DNA of 59,226 nt, taken from the IMG/VR virus record IMGVR_UViG_3300031133_000403; one strand, given 5' to 3'. The notes below the pieces were generated by a model. The model had not been told where the DNA came from. It ran no database searches and saw only the letters and a list, made by a program, of their open reading frames with translations. The stretch comes from an uncultured virus (IMG/VR IMGVR_UViG_3300031133_000403) (lineage: Duplodnaviria; Heunggongvirae; Uroviricota; Caudoviricetes). Every line of letters begins with the position of its first letter. Positions within the stretch are counted from its first letter, which is position 1. This document shows, in pieces, positions 16,071-25,060 of the stretch. Made by a program: the position numbers and the translations under genes.

Positions 16071-17963
16071 TCAGTTGCGACCGATCGTGCGCCTCATGAT
16101 GATGACGTCGCCCGGTCTCGACCCCGTCTCCTGGATGACCTTCCACGCCTTGTACATCTCTGGCGAATCCCAGTAGGTGTTGGTCGCACCGTCGTAGTAT
16201 CCACCCTCGAGCACCTGTCCGCTGGGCGTCGTGTAGGCTCCGGTCGACGCGTTGTAGCTGCCGCCCGAGTACGATCCGGCGGGTACGCCACCTTCCGTCG
16301 GGGTTTGCGACGTGCCGGTGGTCGTGCCGCTGCCGGAGTAGGTCCCCGTCGGAGCGGCGTCGCCGGGCCGCGCGTCTGCGTAGGGGTCGTTTGCGTGGGC
16401 CTGCCAGTATGTGCAGCTCTGCGTCGAGACACGCGTCGGCTGGCGTCCCGTGCAGTAGTCGGAGGCGACGTAGTCTCCATTCGAGCGCCGACAGGAATAG
16501 GAAGCCGTGTAGGTCTGCTGGCCGTTCGTGCAGGCTCCAAGCGTGTATCCCGACTGCCGCCAGTCGTAGTTGCAGCCCGACAGGCTGTACGCGGTGCCGG
16601 TCGTGTACGGCCTCTGGTCGATGTTGCACTGCGTCGCGGTCGCCGGCGCACCATCGCTGCGCGTGCATGACGTCGTTCTGGTGCGGTTGAAGTATCCGCA
16701 CGTGCCCGACGGGACCGCGCTCCACGCGCTTGAAAGCCACGAGAACGTGCAGCCCGAATAGCTGGTCGTCCCGGCCGGCGCCGCGCGATTCGTGTCCGGC
16801 TTCTGCGCGGTGCACGACGCGTCGGCCACCGTGTATCCGTCCGACCTCAGGCATGAGACGCGGCGGCTCTCGTCGGTCGCGCCGCACGCGGGCGTCGTCG
16901 CCCACGCGCCCGTGTCCCAACGCGTCGTGCAGCTGGTGACGGTGTGCTGCGAGTCCGTGGTCTGGCGGCTGGTTCCCGAACAGAAGCCGTCGGCCACCGT
17001 CGTGCCGTTCGAACGCAGGCACGTCGAAGGACGCGTGCGCGTCGCGTCGCCGCACGTGGTCGACCAGTCCCCGTAGGCGCCGTAGTTCCATGAATACGTG
17101 CACGAATCGTAGTTCGGGGTCGCGCTCGTCTGCGACGTCGCGGGTTTGGCCGCGGTGCAGTTGGCGTCGATTGACGTGGTTCCGTCCGACCGACCGCAGG
17201 TGACGGATCGCGTCTCGGTCGTCGCGCCGCAGGCCGACACCTGCGCGTAGGCACCGGTCTTCCATGCGTACGTGCATCCGGACAATTGCTGCGAGGTCTC
17301 CGTCGTATCCGGCTTCGGCACCGAGAAGCAGGCGGCATCCTCGTAGGTCTTGCCGTCCGATCCGCCGCAGGTGACCGTGCGCGCCCGCGTCGCGGTTCCG
17401 CAGGTCTTCGACCATGCGCCGTAGGAGCCCTGCTGCCACGAGAAGGATGTCGGCCCGTTGTAGTAGATCGTCAGGCCCCAACTTGCCATCGAGCCGGTGT
17501 CGCGCGTCGCCTGATCGGCGATCGTCAGCGTCCACGTGCCGGCGGCGCTCATGCCGCTGAACGCCGACAGCGGCGTGTTGGGCTTCAGCGTGTAGCTGCC
17601 CGATTTCGGACACGTGACCGTCGTCTGCGTGTCGTCGAAGCTCATGACGATCCCCGACGCGGGGGTTCCTGGGCATTGCTGCGCCAACAGCGTCGCCGAT
17701 TTGCCGTTGTGCGATACCGTTACCCGGAGGTCGCTTATGTAGGTGTGCGAGAAGCCGTTCAGACTTATGACGATCTTGGTCGGGTTGACGCCGAAGTTCG
17801 GTATGTTGATGTTGGTGGACGTCGTGGCGTTGTCGTTGATCGTCTGCCCCGGCCCCGTGAACGTCGACACCGACCCGTTTGACTGGGCGTCGGCCGAGAC
17901 CGGCATGCACGCCGCCATCACGGCCAGCGCCGCACCTTGCATCATCCGTTTCGCGTAGCGCAT
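16071..17963 (-). CDS. Secreted protein A: proprotein-convertase P-domain, 6 TSP1-like repeats and conserved tail
   Basis: Signal peptide; HTYISDLRVTVSH and LSAFSGMSAAGTWTLTIADQATRDTGSMASWGL (P-domain); repeats W..G.W..WS.TCG..TR.R.V.C.RSDG...C; tail DVIIMRRTIGRN. Confidence 0.85.
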   Translation of the reverse strand: MRYAKRMMQGAALAVMAACMPVSADAQSNGSVSTFTGPGQTINDNATTSTNINIPNFGVNPTKIVISLNGFSHTYISDLRVTVSHNGKSATLLAQQCPGTPASGIVMSFDDTQTTVTCPKSGSYTLKPNTPLSAFSGMSAAGTWTLTIADQATRDTGSMASWGLTIYYNGPTSFSWQQGSYGAWSKTCGTATRARTVTCGGSDGKTYEDAACFSVPKPDTTETSQQLSGCTYAWKTGAYAQVSACGATTETRSVTCGRSDGTTSIDANCTAAKPATSQTSATPNYDSCTYSWNYGAYGDWSTTCGDATRTRPSTCLRSNGTTVADGFCSGTSRQTTDSQHTVTSCTTRWDTGAWATTPACGATDESRRVSCLRSDGYTVADASCTAQKPDTNRAAPAGTTSYSGCTFSWLSSAWSAVPSGTCGYFNRTRTTSCTRSDGAPATATQCNIDQRPYTTGTAYSLSGCNYDWRQSGYTLGACTNGQQTYTASYSCRRSNGDYVASDYCTGRQPTRVSTQSCTYWQAHANDPYADARPGDAAPTGTYSGSGTTTGTSQTPTEGGVPAGSYSGGSYNASTGAYTTPSGQVLEGGYYDGATNTYWDSPEMYKAWKVIQETGSRPGDVIIMRRTIGRN

Positions 17964-18014
17964 CGATTCCACCCTCGGCGCCAGGCCCATGATTTCGTGA
18001 AATCAATCGTTATT

Positions 18015-18075
18015 CCATCCTGAAACCCACTTCAAGGACGGCATCGACCCGATCCTGTTGTTTCCGCATGCGCAA
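18015..18075. promoter_or_regulatory. Box B (CCATCCTGAAA, 18015-18025) and box A (TTCCGCATGCGCAA, 18062-18075)
   Basis: Both boxes recur upstream of all four large secreted-protein genes. Confidence 0.65.
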
Positions 18076-18540
18076 TCATGGCGTCCGCCGCAGCTCCACG
18101 TCGCCCTTGGACGTGCGCACCGTCATGACGCTTTGCGCCGGGAATCCGGCCCTCCACGAGGCGTAATGTCCGATCGCGTCGTCGGCGGTCCCGCGGCCCG
18201 TCAGCACGTCGTCCCCTCCCCAGCTCAGCTTTCCGCGTCCCGAGGCGTAGATCGCCTCGCGTCCACCCTCCATGCCCTTCAGGTCGATGGTGTATTCCGA
18301 CGTCCCGGCGAGGTCCATGACGATGAACTGGTGCCTGGCGGACTTGTCCGGTTGGCCCTGCCACTGCCCCTGGATGGCCAGTCGGCGCTTGACCGTGGCG
18401 TTCTGATCCTTCGCGTCGAGCGGCATCCCCACCAGCTTGGCGGGAGCCGAGGGCGGCGGCGGCGCATCGTTCTTCTTGTCGCAGGCGGCGAGCGCAGTCG
18501 CCAGGATGATCATCGTGATGTGCCTAGTCGTCATGTCCAA
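18076..18540 (-). CDS. Putative lipoprotein
   Basis: Lipobox ALAAC followed by a Pro-rich linker. Confidence 0.75.
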   Translation of the reverse strand: MDMTTRHITMIILATALAACDKKNDAPPPPSAPAKLVGMPLDAKDQNATVKRRLAIQGQWQGQPDKSARHQFIVMDLAGTSEYTIDLKGMEGGREAIYASGRGKLSWGGDDVLTGRGTADDAIGHYASWRAGFPAQSVMTVRTSKGDVELRRTP

Positions 18541-18557
18541 CTCTCGCTCCTGCGGTG

Positions 18558-18573
18558 CTTATAGGTCGGGATG
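18558..18573 (-). promoter_or_regulatory. CATCCCGACCTATAAG putative promoter element
   Basis: Near-identical to 45794-45810; about 18 nt upstream of the lipoprotein start. Confidence 0.5.
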
Positions 18574-18618
18574 GCCTTGTCGACCAACGACCATGCCGTT
18601 CCGCCGCCTTTCCGATGG

Positions 18619-18891
18619 TCAGGCGGCCATCGCCGCGTTGCGTGTCCGCAGCCAGACGACGGCGGCGCGCATCGCTTCCAGACGGGTGCCTGCGCGCCCC
18701 ATCGCCAGTCCGCGGTCGTAGATCCGTTCCGCGACGCCCTGCGTGCGCGCGGGGTGGATCGAGCAGGTGAACTCGCCCTCGTCGGGTCCGGAGAGGAAGA
18801 CGCGCCAGTCTTCTGGGATTGCGTCGAACGCCGTGCCGGCCGTTGGCGACTGCTCGACGGCCTTCAGAATGTCTGTGATGCTGTCGGTCAT
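18619..18891 (-). CDS. Hypothetical protein
   Basis: 90-aa ORF after AAGGA RBS. Confidence 0.6.
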   Translation of the reverse strand: MTDSITDILKAVEQSPTAGTAFDAIPEDWRVFLSGPDEGEFTCSIHPARTQGVAERIYDRGLAMGRAGTRLEAMRAAVVWLRTRNAAMAA

Positions 18892-18895
18892 GTGG

Positions 18896-19444
18896 TCAGT
18901 CCTTCTTTGTCGTTAAGTGGATGGTCTGTCCGGACGCCCTGTCCGTGAAGCCGGTGATGACGAGGTCCTCGGGCAGCATGGGCGATTCGACGAGGCGCGT
19001 CGCCGGACCATCCAGGAGGTCGATGCGCAGGCTTTCGGGAATGTGGGTTCGTTCGATGTCGATCGTGGACAGGGCCCGTCGCCACGTCGCCTGGCCGCCC
19101 AGAGGGACGTCCGTGGTCAACTCGAGCTCCATGTCCCCCGTCAGGCCACCTCTGCGTCTGCTCGTCATGGCGCTGTGGCACGCCACCGCCTCGTCCAGGT
19201 CGGGAGCGTGGAAGTACACCGCCTCGAGCGCCGTCATGCCGTTCATGAGGTGGAACTGCGCGTTCAGGATCCTCTCCGCCAGCGCCAGCACCGCCGTGCA
19301 CTCGTTCAGATCGCCACGCACGGCCAGCCCCGTGATCGCGCAGACGTCCACCGATGGAAGGTCGTCCTCCATGTCGCGCGCCGTCGGGTATCCCGTCCAC
19401 CCCGATGGCGCGGGGCGCAGCGGGTCCACCATCAGTCCCGCCAT
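18896..19444 (-). CDS. Expanded paralogue family member 7 (divergent)
   Basis: IPESLRIDLLDGPATRLVESPMLPEDLVI; start MAGLMVD after GGAG. Confidence 0.65.
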   Translation of the reverse strand: MAGLMVDPLRPAPSGWTGYPTARDMEDDLPSVDVCAITGLAVRGDLNECTAVLALAERILNAQFHLMNGMTALEAVYFHAPDLDEAVACHSAMTSRRRGGLTGDMELELTTDVPLGGQATWRRALSTIDIERTHIPESLRIDLLDGPATRLVESPMLPEDLVITGFTDRASGQTIHLTTKKD

Positions 19445-19497
19445 GGCTTTTTCTCCAACATGCCGCTTCCACGAGGATCGGCCCGCCGAAGTCAGCC

Positions 19498-21411
19498 TTA
19501 TGGTTTCGTCGAGGGTCCGATCACGCGACGCATGATCACCACGTCGGCGCTCGCCTTCTGCTTCCACTGGGCATAGAACTCGGGCGAGTCCCAGTAGGTG
19601 TTGGTGAGCGCGTCCCAGTATCCGTCGCTCAGCACCTCTCCCTGCGGCGTCGTGTACTTGCCCGTGGTCGGATCGTACGAGCCACCGGTGTTGGCTCCCG
19701 GCTTTCCCTCCGTGGCGGAGGGAGCGACGGTCACCGGCTGCTGCGACGTGCCGCTGGTGGATCCGGTGGACGAGTACGCCGTGGTCGGGGCCGGATCGCC
19801 CGGTCTGACATCCGGGTACGGGTCGTTGGCGTGCTGCTGCCAATAGCCGCAATCGCGCGTGTCCGTCCGCTGCGGCTGCCTGTCCGTGCAGTACGCCGCA
19901 TCCACCCACATGCCGTTCGATCGGCGGCACGAGTACGTCGCCGTGTACGTCTGCAGCTGCGACGTGCATCGTCCCAGCGTGTATCCCGATTGCGCCCACG
20001 CGTAACCGCATCCGACGTAGGACGTCGACAGGGTCGATGTCGCCGGCCGGGCGGACGTGCACGACGATGCGGCCGCGTCGACACCGTCGCTCCGCGTGCA
20101 GCTGATCGAGCGCGTGCGCGACGTCAGGCCGCACGTCGTCGTCGGGATGGGCGACCAGGGCGTGGTCTTCCATGAATACGTGCACGCGCGGTAGTCGTTC
20201 GTGGCCGTGGCGGCGGGTCTGTTGGTGTCGGGCTTCGCGCCGGTGCACGACGCGTCGGCGACCGTCGTGCCATCCGACCGTCGGCACGAGACGTATCGGC
20301 TCTCGTCGGTCCTTCCGCATGACGGCGTGGTCGCCCACGCGCCCGTGTTCCACTGGTACGTGCAGCTGGACACGTCCGTCTGCGTCTGCGTCACGGCTTC
20401 GCTCGCGCCGCATTTGCCGGAATCTCCCGTCGTGGTCGTCACGCCGTCCGATCTCAGACACGTCCTGGCACGCGTCCGGGTGGCGGAGCCGCACGTGGTC
20501 GACCACGGCGTCCATGCTCCGTACTGCCACGTGTAGCTGCACGATGCGTAGTTCGTCGTCTGGTAGGACGCGGCCGGCTTCGTGGATTGATCGCACATCG
20601 CCAGATCGGCTTCGTGATTGCCGCTGAACGTCGTCCCGTCCGTGGTTGCCAGATGACAATGCAGCGTCCGCGTTCCCGTCGATGGTCCGCAGGCGTCGGG
20701 CACGGTGTCCGAGAAGACGTACCAGGACTTGCTGCATCCCGACGTCTGCAACTGCGCCTCGCTGGTGGCGGGTTTCGTGCCCGTGCAGAACGAGTCGGCC
20801 GCGGTAGCGCCATCGCTCCTCTGGCAGAATGGCGTGCGGGTCCTCGTCGCGTCGCCGCACGTGGCGCTCCATGCACCCCACGTCCCGTCCTTCCAGTCGT
20901 ACGTGAACTGCTGCCCCCCGGAGTACTCTATGTTCAATGCCCAGCTGTTGATCGTTCCGGGGCTGTTGACGATGTAGTCCGACACTTCGAGCGTCCACAT
21001 CCCGGCGGCACTCGTCGAATGGAAGGCGCTCAACGCCTTTTCCGGTTTGATCTCGCGCGTCGCACCCCCGGTCACGCAGTTCGAGGTGGCGGGCGGTACG
21101 TACGTGGCCGTGTCGATGAACCGGATGATTCCGACGTCTACCGCGCACTTCTTGGTCATCATCGTGACGGCGATGCCGTTGTGCTTCAGGATGAACGTGA
21201 GGTCGTTCGTGTCGGTGTGGTTTATGTTGACGTCGATCCAGATGCGCGTCGGCGTCACGTTGAAGTTGGGGATGTCGATGTTGCTGGTCCGCGGGATCGA
21301 CGTCGACGCCGCGGGGAAGGTCATCTTGGGACCCGTGAAGCTCGATGCCTCCGCCGTGGTCGACAGGCCCGCCAGCATGGTCGCCGCGAGCGCCAATCCC
21401 CTGATATCCAT
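19498..21411 (-). CDS. Secreted protein B: P-domain, 6 TSP1-like repeats and conserved tail (paralogue of A)
   Basis: Signal peptide MDIRGLALAATMLAG; HTDTNDLTFILKH; SAAGMWTLEVSD...WAL; six Cys/Trp repeats; tail DVVIMRRVIG. Confidence 0.85.
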   Translation of the reverse strand: MDIRGLALAATMLAGLSTTAEASSFTGPKMTFPAASTSIPRTSNIDIPNFNVTPTRIWIDVNINHTDTNDLTFILKHNGIAVTMMTKKCAVDVGIIRFIDTATYVPPATSNCVTGGATREIKPEKALSAFHSTSAAGMWTLEVSDYIVNSPGTINSWALNIEYSGGQQFTYDWKDGTWGAWSATCGDATRTRTPFCQRSDGATAADSFCTGTKPATSEAQLQTSGCSKSWYVFSDTVPDACGPSTGTRTLHCHLATTDGTTFSGNHEADLAMCDQSTKPAASYQTTNYASCSYTWQYGAWTPWSTTCGSATRTRARTCLRSDGVTTTTGDSGKCGASEAVTQTQTDVSSCTYQWNTGAWATTPSCGRTDESRYVSCRRSDGTTVADASCTGAKPDTNRPAATATNDYRACTYSWKTTPWSPIPTTTCGLTSRTRSISCTRSDGVDAAASSCTSARPATSTLSTSYVGCGYAWAQSGYTLGRCTSQLQTYTATYSCRRSNGMWVDAAYCTDRQPQRTDTRDCGYWQQHANDPYPDVRPGDPAPTTAYSSTGSTSGTSQQPVTVAPSATEGKPGANTGGSYDPTTGKYTTPQGEVLSDGYWDALTNTYWDSPEFYAQWKQKASADVVIMRRVIGPSTKP

Positions 21412-21477
21412 GCGCCATCCCCTCTCGCCCATCATGGCGTCGCGATCAGCGCTACGCCATGATGCCACCCCGGTCAA

Positions 21478-21530
21478 TTTCAGGATGGCACCATTGTGGT
21501 CTCGCGGCGTATGTTTCCGCATGCGCAATC
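21478..21530. promoter_or_regulatory. Box B (TTTCAGGATGG, 21478-21488) and box A (TTCCGCATGCGCAA, 21515-21528)
   Basis: The 19-mer TGTTTCCGCATGCGCAATC is identical to 18059-18077. Confidence 0.65.
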
Positions 21531-21559
21531 GTCGTGGGGTCGCGCCCGGCCCTGCGTCT

Positions 21560-22126
21560 TCAGGCCTTATCGGCGCTCGGGACGGCGATGGCTTCCAGCA
21601 GCTGCGCGGTGGGATCGAGGAGGCTTTCCGGGCGTCCCCCCTCCTGCGTCCATTCGAACGCGTCGCGCACGCCTGGCGTGTGCAGCTCGAGATGAAGCAT
21701 GGTCATCGGGCGGCCCTTGTCCTTCTTCAGCACCGGCACGACGCTGGCGATCGTCTCGCCGGCTCCGACCCGCACGCCTTCGACGATGCCGCTGCCGACC
21801 TCGACTTCGCCGTAGACCACGACGCCGCTCGCGCCTTCGATCAGGATGGCGCTCGTGTCGTGCCACCACGGGCTGGAAGGCTCGGCCGAAGGACCGGTGA
21901 ACGGGATCACGGCGACCACGACGCCTTCCTCGACCGCCCTCACCGGCGTTCCTTCCGGACAGTACAGATCCACGCCCTCATGGATGTGGTTGCGCCTGAC
22001 GAACCCGAACGCGCCGGGATGGGCATCGCCGACGGGAAGCCCCGTCGTGCCGTCGGGATGGTTGCGGAACCCTTCCGAATCCGGATCGGGAACCACGGTC
22101 ATGTCTATCGGGAGTGTCCACGTCAT
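21560..22126 (-). CDS. M23 family metallopeptidase
   Basis: HEGVDL...GTPVRAVEEGVV and HLHLE-like MLHLEL. Confidence 0.85.
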   Translation of the reverse strand: MTWTLPIDMTVVPDPDSEGFRNHPDGTTGLPVGDAHPGAFGFVRRNHIHEGVDLYCPEGTPVRAVEEGVVVAVIPFTGPSAEPSSPWWHDTSAILIEGASGVVVYGEVEVGSGIVEGVRVGAGETIASVVPVLKKDKGRPMTMLHLELHTPGVRDAFEWTQEGGRPESLLDPTAQLLEAIAVPSADKA

Positions 22127-22383
22127 CGTTCCTGGTCCTCTTTCCGAGCCTGTCGTTCGCCGTCGCGTATGATCGCCATGGTCTCCTCCATGACGTCGTC
22201 CTCCGTCCTGCCTTCGAACAGCAGGCCGTAGGGGTACTTGTTGAGCAGATCCCACTGGATCTGCTGCCAGTCGATGCCGTCCTGCGCCGCGATCGTGGCG
22301 TATTCGACCGCGCAGCGTCGCGTGTAGGCGTGGTCGGTCAGCGTCGGCCCCCGAACCGCTGCGGGTTTGATCCAAGGAGTCAT
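22123..22383 (-). CDS. Hypothetical protein
   Basis: Start MTPWIKPA after GGAG; stop overlaps the next start. Confidence 0.55.
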   Translation of the reverse strand: MTPWIKPAAVRGPTLTDHAYTRRCAVEYATIAAQDGIDWQQIQWDLLNKYPYGLLFEGRTEDDVMEETMAIIRDGERQARKEDQER

Positions 22384-22397
22384 TTGGTCTTCTCCGT

Positions 22398-23144
22398 TCA
22401 GGCCGCCCTGGCCAATTCCTTCGTCTGCAGCGTGGCTGCCTGCGTCATGGTGACGAGATCGCCTGCGAACGTCATGCCGAGGCGGTTCGACGCGCACCAC
22501 GCCTTGGCGATCCTTAGACCCATTCCCGACATGATCGATCCGCCAACGACGTCGTCGAGCGGCTTCCCGACCATGCCCGCGACGATCTGCTGCGGCAGCT
22601 GATGCCTGTTCTCCACGGTGAGGGTTCGCGTCCCCCAGGACTGCGTGGCCGTCGTCACGCGGACGGCCGCGCGTCCGCCGGTCCGCGTGATGACCCCGCC
22701 TGGCATTTTGGTTTCCAGCGTCGGGATGACGACGTGGTCCGCCTGTCTCCCCTCGGCTCCATGTATCTCCAGAGGGAGCGCATATGGCCGCGCCGCCATC
22801 AGCAGCTGCCGCGTTCCCCATCTCCTCGTCGCCAGCAACGCGTCGGCACGGTCGATCATCGCCTCGGCCGCGCGTGCCCGGACGTGGTCGCGTATCCGCG
22901 ACGCCTGCCGCTTCGCGACCTCCGCCAGATGCTCCGGACGATGATCGGAGTGGATCGTGATCGTCGCCGCGTCGCCGCGCAGCACGTAGGCGATGGTCGG
23001 AGCGCCGTAGCCGATCTGCCTGGCGTCCACCGATGCGACGTCGACTCCGCTCGTCTCCAGGGTGGCTTTCACGATGTCCATCAGCGCCTGCCTTCGGGAA
23101 TCCCGGCAGTCCAGTCGGATCTCGACCTCGTCCGTCTTGATCAT
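22398..23144 (-). CDS. Expanded paralogue family member 8
   Basis: LPQQIVAGMVGKPLDDVV. Confidence 0.75.
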   Translation of the reverse strand: MIKTDEVEIRLDCRDSRRQALMDIVKATLETSGVDVASVDARQIGYGAPTIAYVLRGDAATITIHSDHRPEHLAEVAKRQASRIRDHVRARAAEAMIDRADALLATRRWGTRQLLMAARPYALPLEIHGAEGRQADHVVIPTLETKMPGGVITRTGGRAAVRVTTATQSWGTRTLTVENRHQLPQQIVAGMVGKPLDDVVGGSIMSGMGLRIAKAWCASNRLGMTFAGDLVTMTQAATLQTKELARAA

Positions 23145-23167
23145 GCCATTTTCCTCCAGCCCTGAGA

Positions 23168-23779
23168 TCACGGCTTCTCGGAGATCTCCACCAATGGTGC
23201 CTGCACCTCCACGTCGAAGCCCGCCTCGTTCCGCCCCGGCATGCCGATGCGCGACGTCGTCGACGTGTCCATGTCGTGGAACGCCGATATGGTCACCAGC
23301 CTGCCCGTCTCCGTCTCGAGGCCCGGATGTCCCACCAGATCGCAAAGCGGCCTGCCGACGAGCGATCCGAGTCCCGCCAGGACCACGTCCGGGAACCGCT
23401 GGCGCACCTGGACGCGCAAGGAGCTTCCGCGTTGGGTCATGAGCTTCAGGTGCCCGTCCAGGCCCATTTCCGAGGTGTCGAAGACGACTTGGCCGTTGCG
23501 GCGCGAGAGTTGGCCGATGTATCTGACCTCCTTCAGGCCGTCGCGGGGCTGAAGCTTCACGTCGACGGTGTAGGTTCCCTGATCCCCGCCACGGATCACG
23601 GGGTCGCCCCGTCCCGACCATCCCTTGATGGTGACGCGTACGCCGTGGCGGGAGATCTGCGCGCCCTCGACCGCCGCCTCCATCAGCATCTGCGCGATGA
23701 GGCCGCGTGGATGTCGTCTCGTCTCGATGTGGTGGATGGTCACCGCGGCGGTGAGCGCGTCGAATCCGATCGTCGTCAT
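23168..23779 (-). CDS. Expanded paralogue family member 9
   Basis: FPDVVLAGLGSLVGRPLCDLVGHPGL. Confidence 0.75.
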   Translation of the reverse strand: MTTIGFDALTAAVTIHHIETRRHPRGLIAQMLMEAAVEGAQISRHGVRVTIKGWSGRGDPVIRGGDQGTYTVDVKLQPRDGLKEVRYIGQLSRRNGQVVFDTSEMGLDGHLKLMTQRGSSLRVQVRQRFPDVVLAGLGSLVGRPLCDLVGHPGLETETGRLVTISAFHDMDTSTTSRIGMPGRNEAGFDVEVQAPLVEISEKP

Positions 23780-24336
23780 GTCGACCCCCTTTCCATTCCG
23801 GCGTCCTTGTTCTCGTGGAGACCTCGCATGATCTCGAGATCCTCGTGCGAAGGTTGCACGTACGGCGTGTCGAGATGCACCCTCAGCCCCCATTTCCATG
23901 GTTCCAGGCGGCCCACCCGTTCCATGCCGATTCCATCGCCCAGCGTCGCCACGTCCACCACCTCGTGGACCCGTCTTCCCGCGCCGGCCGCCAGCATCGT
24001 CTCCGGCATCGTTTCCATGCGCGGTCGCACCAGATCCAGCTTCTTGTCGCGCAGCATGCTGGGACCGTACATCTTCCTGGCGGACCAGAAGTGAAGCGCG
24101 ACCCGGATCTCGTTCCTGGCGTTCACCTTCATCTCGAGATGGCCGGCGTCGGTCCCCGGTCCCCACTGCAACCCCTTGACCGCGTCCTCGGCGTACTTCC
24201 GGACCGACAGCGTCAAGGCGATGTCGGCTAGCGTCAGCCACGTCCAGGCGCTGGTCCGCATCTGAGCCAGGATGGGCGCGGTCAGATTTGCGAAGCGAAT
24301 CGAGCGCACCTTCTCCATCTCGAGCTCGCGGCTCAA
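23776..24336 (-). CDS. Expanded paralogue family member 10
   Basis: MPETMLAAGAGRRVHEVVDV. Confidence 0.75.
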   Translation of the reverse strand: MSRELEMEKVRSIRFANLTAPILAQMRTSAWTWLTLADIALTLSVRKYAEDAVKGLQWGPGTDAGHLEMKVNARNEIRVALHFWSARKMYGPSMLRDKKLDLVRPRMETMPETMLAAGAGRRVHEVVDVATLGDGIGMERVGRLEPWKWGLRVHLDTPYVQPSHEDLEIMRGLHENKDAGMERGST

Positions 24337-24620
24337 AGCCAGAGCACCCCGTCCGGAGCGTGGTCCTTGGACCGCGGCAGGATCACGTCGATTTCGAAGT
24401 CGTCCAGGACGGCTATCGCGATGGTCCCGTGCAGCACGTCGAGCGCGGCCTCCACCAGGGGGTCGTCTCCATCCTCCACATCCCCCTTGGGAGTCGTCGG
24501 ATGCTCTCCCACGCCTTTGCCCAGGACGACGCCGTACACGGCCTCCACGCCACGATCCTGCGGATCGAGTTCCCGGCGTTCGACGACGGCCTTGACCGTG
24601 ATCAGCGCTGTGACGCCCAT
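24333..24620 (-). CDS. Hypothetical protein
   Basis: Start MGVTALIT after GGGAG. Confidence 0.55.
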   Translation of the reverse strand: MGVTALITVKAVVERRELDPQDRGVEAVYGVVLGKGVGEHPTTPKGDVEDGDDPLVEAALDVLHGTIAIAVLDDFEIDVILPRSKDHAPDGVLWL

Positions 24621-24664
24621 TTCGAATCTCCCGTTTTTTCCACCTATTCCCCGCCGGCCGCGGA

Positions 24665-25060
24665 TCAGCGCGGCGTCGAAGCGCGCAACCGTCGGATGCG
24701 CTCTTCGGTCAGGTCGATGGTGCACCGCCCGATGGCGATGGCCCAGTCCTGACCCCTGGGGCGGTTGTCGCGTCTCGTGGCGCATTCCGCGTCGCGGTAC
24801 CCGAGCCATGCCCGCTCGGCCCCGACCACGCCGTCCTTCAGCGACGCCGGCGTCGAGTCCAGGAGGTCGCGATATGCGGCGTTCAGGTCTTCGTCCAGCC
24901 TGTGCTCCGCCACCGCGATGCAGGTCCGCGCCCATGACGCGCTGCCGGCGTTCCGGTCGATGCAGGCCGTGACGCTCTCGATTTCGGGGCTGGCGGTCCG
25001 AGTCGGTGCAGCGGGAACCGCCAGGGCCAGAAGCGCCGTCGCCAGCGTGAAGCCGATCAC
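24665..25060 (-). CDS. LprI/DUF1311 family secreted protein (lysozyme inhibitor-like)
   Basis: Signal peptide; C...C...LDEDLNAAYRDL...AERAWLGYRDAEC...C...T.ER. Confidence 0.85.
   Translation of the reverse strand: MIGFTLATALLALAVPAAPTRTASPEIESVTACIDRNAGSASWARTCIAVAEHRLDEDLNAAYRDLLDSTPASLKDGVVGAERAWLGYRDAECATRRDNRPRGQDWAIAIGRCTIDLTEERIRRLRASTPR

Noticed and set aside
16071..21411. Diversity-generating retroelement acting on the similar tails of proteins A and B
   Set aside because: No reverse transcriptase in the window; both copies are coding, and the differences do not look adenine-specific
21431..21463. 10-bp inverted repeat ATCATGGCGT/ACGCCATGAT upstream of gene B as a terminator
   Set aside because: No U-tract on either side and no matching copy upstream of paralogue A, so no function can be supported
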